This document shows, in pieces, positions 57,999 to 64,000 of a stretch of 64,000 bases of DNA. The notes under the pieces were generated by a model, which made no database searches, had not been told where the DNA came from, and saw nothing but the letters and a program-made list of their open reading frames with translations. Source of the stretch: Massalongia carnosa (Eukaryota). The number at the start of each line of letters is the position of its first letter. Positions within the stretch are counted from its first letter, which is position 1. A program made the translations under genes and the position numbers. The stretch spans positions 930,001 through 994,000 of the forward strand of contig OZ287083.1 of the NCBI GenBank assembly GCA_965645245.1, read 5' to 3'.

Positions 57999-59018
57999 CT
58001 AGTCACTTTTGAGCATACTGTCAACCAAATCGCCCAAAGGACCCCAAAAATCCTTGCCACTTGCTAGGTGGTGCTCATGGATGAAGAGAACATAATGCTT
58101 AAAGCTTGTGTTAAGGTGCGGCTCGAGTCCTAGTTGAACAATAACTGGATAATGATGGCAGTAAATATGGGCGTAGACTCGATAAAGGCGCTTGAAAATT
58201 TGACGAATCAGCACGGGAAATGCTTTTGGAAATGCAACCCCTATTGAATATCAACAAGGTTGCTCGAAACATCTGTGGCGACAAGTTCACCAATTCGGCT
58301 GGGGAACATTGACTCGTTGTCAATATTTTCTTGCACCCATGCCATGAGATGTTCGACGTATTCAGGGGCAGGCATCTTTGTAGGTCGCTTAAAATTTTCC
58401 GAGTCCTGCCATAAATACTCAAATCTGCTGAAGCTTAGTTTATGATCGCTTCCCAAGGAGGCGAATATTATCAGCAACCCACTCATCGGTTGCCTTCATT
58501 TCTGGGCAGGACTGTGGGGAACAGAACTCGGTGATTGATCCATAGAGGAGGTTGATCTGGTTATAGAAGTCGACCACTACATAGCCGAAATGAGACTTGT
58601 AGGTGCTTGATGGGGAAAGACGTGCGCCTTGGTATGAGGCCACTCACCTACCATTGACGGCGAGCCATTCGCTCAAATCTTCCCCTTCCGGTAGTCTTAC
58701 AGCCTTTCGAAGACTACCGCTCCCCAGCGTCGCCTCGGCAAACTGACGCAATTGATAACTGCTAGTACCCTTGTTGGCATTCCTAGGCTTGAATTGCCCT
58801 CTTGTCCGCGCATTGCTAGACGCATCCTCTTGTAAGCCGGAAGGGTCATAAATTTTCAGTCTTTGACATCTCATAACTTCAAGCCCATCTCAAGCTTGAT
58901 ATACGCTCGCATCATCATGTAAGAATGACTGAGCCAGTGTGAAGACCGGTGGGAGAACTTTAAGAGATACATCAGGAAAAGGTGGGAAGACGAACATTGT
59001 AGTGATGAACGAAGTCAT
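57999..59018 (-). CDS. MOB1: Mob1 kinase activator
   Basis: '[27 protein letters not shown]', '[11 protein letters not shown]', '[15 protein letters not shown]'. Short first exon MTSFITT, intron-rich. Confidence 0.96.
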
Positions 59019-60581
59019 GCTCTACTTGCTCAAGCCCTGAGCTGGACGAGGGTGGGTCTTTTACATTCCTTCTGGTTAGCCTAGTAACCTCCATTGAAAG
59101 ATCTCTGCTTGTGACCATCTTATTGCCATTAGCACTTACACAGAAATATGACTGATTCGGAAAATGAGCGTAACGCCTCAAGTGGTATTGAGATTGTACT
59201 CGAGGATCTGCGCCAACAATGTTTTGTTAAACTAGGTTTGTATTGACATATTTAAACTTTTATCTCCACCTAAAGTCCGAACGTTGGTCCTGGTCTCTCT
59301 GACAACCGTTTATGCCAGCAAACATCCAAAAGATATGCCAAATCGCTTATTTCATCGTTTCATGTCACTACGTTCAATCAAAAACACTTCAGTTAATTAC
59401 ACTGTCGTCTTCTGTCATTTTCTTCTTTTTCCTTTTTCCGTCATTCCGGTTCCTTTTCAAAAGGCACGAGTGTGGGAAAATCACAGATGCAAAAGGCAAA
59501 GAAAGATAACTCCGCCCGATTTTAGTGACACACAGTGCCCATTTATTTTTGATATTTTTTTTTTTCACCCGCGTGAAAGTTTCATGTGGACGGAGATAGA
59601 AGGGACGATCGGGGTGAAAGTAGAGGTGAAGGATCAGAAGAATGGAGATGAACAGGAAATGAGGGTACTCCGCACACAATCGTCCCTACGAGAAATCATA
59701 CATCTGCATAGCATAAATTTCCTTTCGGTGGGGAAGGGGGCTACGAACGTAACAAATGGTGGGGAGTTGATTAGATGCTCGGGGTGTCTAGAATTCTCTT
59801 CTATTTTAGGAAATGATTTAGTTAAGCTTTTCTAAACCTTCAGGTAAAATCTCATTAAAACTTCAAGGCTCTGCGAAGTAATTTCAAGGTTCTACTCGAT
59901 CAAACTAACTGCAAAGTGTCAACCCGTGCCAAGACTGTGTCAAGGTCTCGAAAGGGGGTCTTCCATCAAGAGAGGCTTGCAAGAGGGAGAAAAACACTGA
60001 TATCCCCTTTCAACATGTAAATTGGTTGGTAAATCAGGATCTTGATTAAGTGAAGCTGAGGAAGCCACAAGCTCAGACGTGGAGTTGTTCTGTCGCTTAC
60101 TAAACCGGCTTATTTCAGCTTCATCATTGCAAGCTAGATTCTCTCGACTCATGTAAGGTATTTCAATGACCAAACCGTTCGGATATGTCCTAAAGATAGC
60201 ATAACTGCGCACGGGATTCAGACAAGGCAGCCAGCATATTCATAATGAGCGGCCCGTACTCGTTCCATCTGTGGCATGACCCATACATGATGCTTTCGGA
60301 AGACGTAAGTATACAGGATAATAGTGCTACCAAAGATTGTGGTTCAGGGCAGGAGACGAAACGTGCGCCAAAGGGCCTCGGTGTGACATACTTGGCAGTA
60401 ACTTGTAAAGGTCCTTTGGTTGCTATATTCAAGACGTGCAGGGAGACTTAAAGGGGTCTGCTCATACCGCCATTAGGAGCCTGACTTCTCCAAGCAGATA
60501 AGAGTGGGTGAGTCTTCAACTCAAGATCCCTGCATTTATTATTGTTTCTCGACAATGACCTAAGTGGGAGGCTCATAAGTT

Positions 60582-63101
60582 TTAGATTGGAAAACTACCC
60601 GCTTCCATTTTCTCGTCAAACCCTGATGTAGCACCATAGATTCGCAAAGGTACTGTAATGTCAAATATCTCACAAGGGATTCCTTGCACGGCAGCAATAA
60701 CGGTGTCTCGTTCATCTCTTGCAATCTCTTCGAGTAAATTCTCATCAAGTTCATGAGATTCAGAAGCGCTCCCGTTCGGACTTGTAACGAACTCAAACCG
60801 CAATACCCATTCTAGACTGACACCTGAAGTCACAAAATCCGGAGTGGCGTTGATGGGTACAATAGGAGCAAAATTGACCCTCGTCGCAAAAATTGTGGAT
60901 TCCGCGTTCGAAGCGTGGATGCGACGAGTGACACGCTGCACTGTGGCTTTCGAACGGAGAGCTATAGTAGGGTCAATGATTTCAAAGCTTTCAAGAGTGG
61001 CACGCAGCGAATAACATGAGATCTCCGAATCCTGAAAGTCAATTGTTGCGAAGATAGCTTCGCCAAGACGATATGCTGAACGTGCGAGAACTATCACAGC
61101 TACACGAGCACCAGCCCGTGTTATCTCGAAGCGATTTGCATCACATCTTGATGTTGCGGAATTGCTCTTAAGTAAGGCTAGCTCAATCGCACCCATAGTC
61201 GTACTCGGCGGTTCTGAAGTAGGTGTGAGCACACTCTGATAATTCTCGGTGGGAGAGAGAAGTCCGAGGCCCGATTTCTGGCGATTACCATCAAGAGAAG
61301 CCCCGACATAGGTAAGAAAATCGTCAATGGAAGCTTCAGAGGTTTCTGGGTTACTTGTATTCGTTATAAGCGCATTTGGTTTTTCTTTTTCGCGTTCATC
61401 GGTGCTGAAAATTGATGCAGCATTATGCAGAAGAATATAAGGGGACATCAGATCATGGCCTAAAATTTCACCCTGGCCTAGGTTATGTCAGACAAAAATT
61501 CATGTGGGCGAGAAAAAGGTCTTACCATTGACCCCAGACAGAACTCTGAAGGGAATATTAACATTCTGAACATGGTGTTGTACGCTGTCTCTCGCCGCTC
61601 GCTGTGTACCAATAATTAGTCTGTAGGATACCTTCATTGCCCTCCCTTTGTGGGTTGGCGGTATTCCTCTGGGCAAGGGGTGGCGAAATTTATAGCTTTT
61701 ACTCTCTCCTGGCTTTAGCTGCAAATTTACAAAGAGTACTGACTGTGGGGTTGAGAGAATTGGGATCGATTTCGTACCGGCCGTATCTTTTGTTTCCCTG
61801 ATACTGCTCAATTCATTGCTTCCCAGAAACCCACCAAGAGACTCCCCAATGCTCCCCCATCCAATACCACCAAAGAGCCCGCCTTCGCGCTTGACGGATT
61901 CGGCTCTAACAACACCCCCACCGCCTTGGCCACCTATGATGCCTTTTCTTTTCACTTCTTCAAAAGGTGCCTGGTTCACGAGAGATCCATCCAGCGTAAA
62001 GGAGCCTGCTATCTGTCCGTATCCCATCATAAGAGTTTCGGCTGCTTTTTCACTGTTCATGGGACCAAGCAGTGATAATTGGCGCGCATGAGGTCCATTA
62101 GTTGACAAGCGACTTGGATCTTGGGAAATGTATTCTGAAGCTAACGTTTCTAAGGAGTTGTTGCTAGTGGTATAAAAATCTATGCTGCTTCTAGGCGTGC
62201 CACTCATACTTATCGGTGACAGGATTCTAGTAATGGGTTTGAGCGATTCTGTAGCGTTGACAGACTCATTGTTTGGAGACGGAAATCTTAACGATGGATC
62301 CACTAACTCGTATGGAGAGGTTTCAGAGTATGAAGCGACGGAATTTGGGAACCTGAAGCTTGGAGAGGTTGGCTCCAAAGCTTTTCGTTCAATGCTTGAA
62401 CCATTCGTGCTTGTTTGCCCACTAGATTGTATCCTCACTCTAGCCTGAACCCTGGGATGATCAAAGGACACAGACGCTCCCAACGAAGAAGGTATCCCAG
62501 CGACATATCCATTTGCTGCCGCTGTCAAAAACTATAATAAATAAGAATTCCGCAGAGAATCCTTACCCAATAATGCTCCCGGGTCTGCTCCATTCCTTCG
62601 AGGCAAAACCTGCAAGCTGGCTGCCCGGTTGTGACTCCTGCCCGGACGATTGGTTCCCTGCGGTTGACCATCTGGATAACCATTTATGGGATTGGTCGCT
62701 TCCCCTCCTAATGACACAATTGAAACCGATCTCTTGTGATTATGTCCTTTCGAGCTGAAGTCCTTCCATGGTTGTTCGGAAACCTCTGTGCTCTGGATAT
62801 GCCTTGTGGCTACTGAAGAGCCGAGTGACCATGTAGGTCTATGTGCGGCAGTAATATGATGGAACGTCTTCGTAGTCGTTGCAGTGGGGCTTTGAAAGTG
62901 ACCCGCCGGGATTTGTAAGGGCAGTGAGTTCTTCCATCGTCCTCGACCTGAACCAGCACTCTTTAGCCGGGGAATGGGCGATTGTGGTTGACGAGCGCGC
63001 GAAGTTTGAGAAACGTTTTTGAAAGTTATTTTACACTCAATCTCCTCACCCGCGAAAACCGTTGAGTTTTTCCATTGGACAAAGACTTGGATGTTGGACA
63101 T
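60582..63101 (-). CDS. RGP1: Rgp1 family protein (Ric1-Rgp1 GEF subunit)
   Basis: 'IQVFVQW...VFAGEEIECKITFKN', 'LMMGYGQIAGSFTLDGSLV', 'PILSTPQSVLFVNLQL', 'LEWVLRFEFVT'. Two internal introns. Confidence 0.9.
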
Positions 63102-63524
63102 CTGCACAAATTAGCGGAACAAGGCTCCGCTTGTGGAAAGTCTAGGGTCACGCTGCATGGAATAGCATTTTGACAGAGTACATAGTAAAGATATGACAGA
63201 CCGCATGCTTAAGTTTAGGCTATGTATAAAAGTACTTCAGACACTAAGTTGGGATTCGTTTTCATAACGTTTGCCTTGCTCCTATGCAGCGATGTTATAT
63301 ATAAACATAGATGCGTGTTGATAAAAAGCTGCTTCTACAAATACATCCTATACAAGAGCCGAGAAAAGTCGAGGGAAAATGTGTTTGAGTTGTGATCTAT
63401 GCACTTGCATGGTGAAGGGCCCTTGTATTGACCGTTGATATGGTTTTAGTTCGGTACTGAGTCAGTCCTTGAGGTTGTTGAACTCTGCGGCACAGTATCT
63501 CCCCTCAACACTTTGTATCCCTGC

Positions 63525-64000
63525 TCAGAGTATCCTCTCCGATAAAGGCGATGAAGAGCTAACTATTGAGCGCTCTTCTGTTGTCGGATCCAAATCCCAG
63601 GGAACCTTTCTAGTTTTCAACGCTCCAAGGATCTGTTCTCTTAAGGGGATGTTCCCTTCTGGGCTCTGTCCATTAGAACGCCGGTTAGCCTTTCCGACGC
63701 CCATAACCCTCCATTTCTTAGGCGGTTTTATTCCAATCTCGACCATTTGGCCCCATATGTTTTCCCCTCGCCGGTCCCATCTTCGCCGCCTCTCCGCCTC
63801 CTCCTCTTCATTGGCTTTCCACTTGCTCTTCAGTATCCTCCGGATGGCCTCCGGTGAAACCTGAAAATGTTCCGCAAGTACGGGAGTGGTATACTTATCT
63901 GGATACTGAGAGCGTAGAGTCCTGATCCCCTCAAGCGCATCTGGCGAAAGCCGCTTGCGAGGGGACCAGCCAGAAGAACCAAATTTCTTCAGCAGAGCCG
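63525..64000 (-). CDS. RRG9: Rrg9/neugrin family mitochondrial protein; 5' part outside the window
   Basis: '[16 protein letters not shown]...[21 protein letters not shown]'. Confidence 0.9.
   Translation of the reverse strand, partial: ALLKKFGSSGWSPRKRLSPDALEGIRTLRSQYPDKYTTPVLAEHFQVSPEAIRRILKSKWKANEEEEAERRRRWDRRGENIWGQMVEIGIKPPKKWRVMGVGKANRRSNGQSPEGNIPLREQILGALKTRKVPWDLDPTTEERSIVSSSSPLSERIL

Noticed and set aside
59284..60451. Short ORFs between MOB1 and RGP1
   Set aside because: No recognisable motifs or coherent exon structure. A small gene cannot be excluded without RNA data.

Overview
Fungal DNA, most likely a filamentous ascomycete (GT-AG introns with CTAAC branch sites, Tad1-like LINEs, chromovirus). 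Positions 1-46.6 kb form a nested transposon block, and many insertion edges resolve to the base from TIRs, LTRs and TSDs. A decayed LINE carries a 5.7-kb hAT, a 337-bp insert and a Tc1. A 151-bp hAT-type MITE follows. A ~570-bp TRIM contains a non-coding LTR element, which contains a Ty1/copia. A chromovirus is fused tail-to-tail to a second copia, a pogo/Fot1 carries a deleted copia, and an intact LINE abuts the tail of another LINE. Positions 47-64 kb hold host genes: a GTPase-like/RasGEF gene, ADI1, an F-box-like ORF, a GH63 pseudogene, ATP5, MOB1, RGP1 and partial RRG9. Best leads are a self-priming TRIM with tRNA-type Pol III A/B boxes, a histone-H3-tail-like exon captured in the hAT, and a non-coding LTR element filled with a modular repeat array. 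All calls were made by eye, with no database search.
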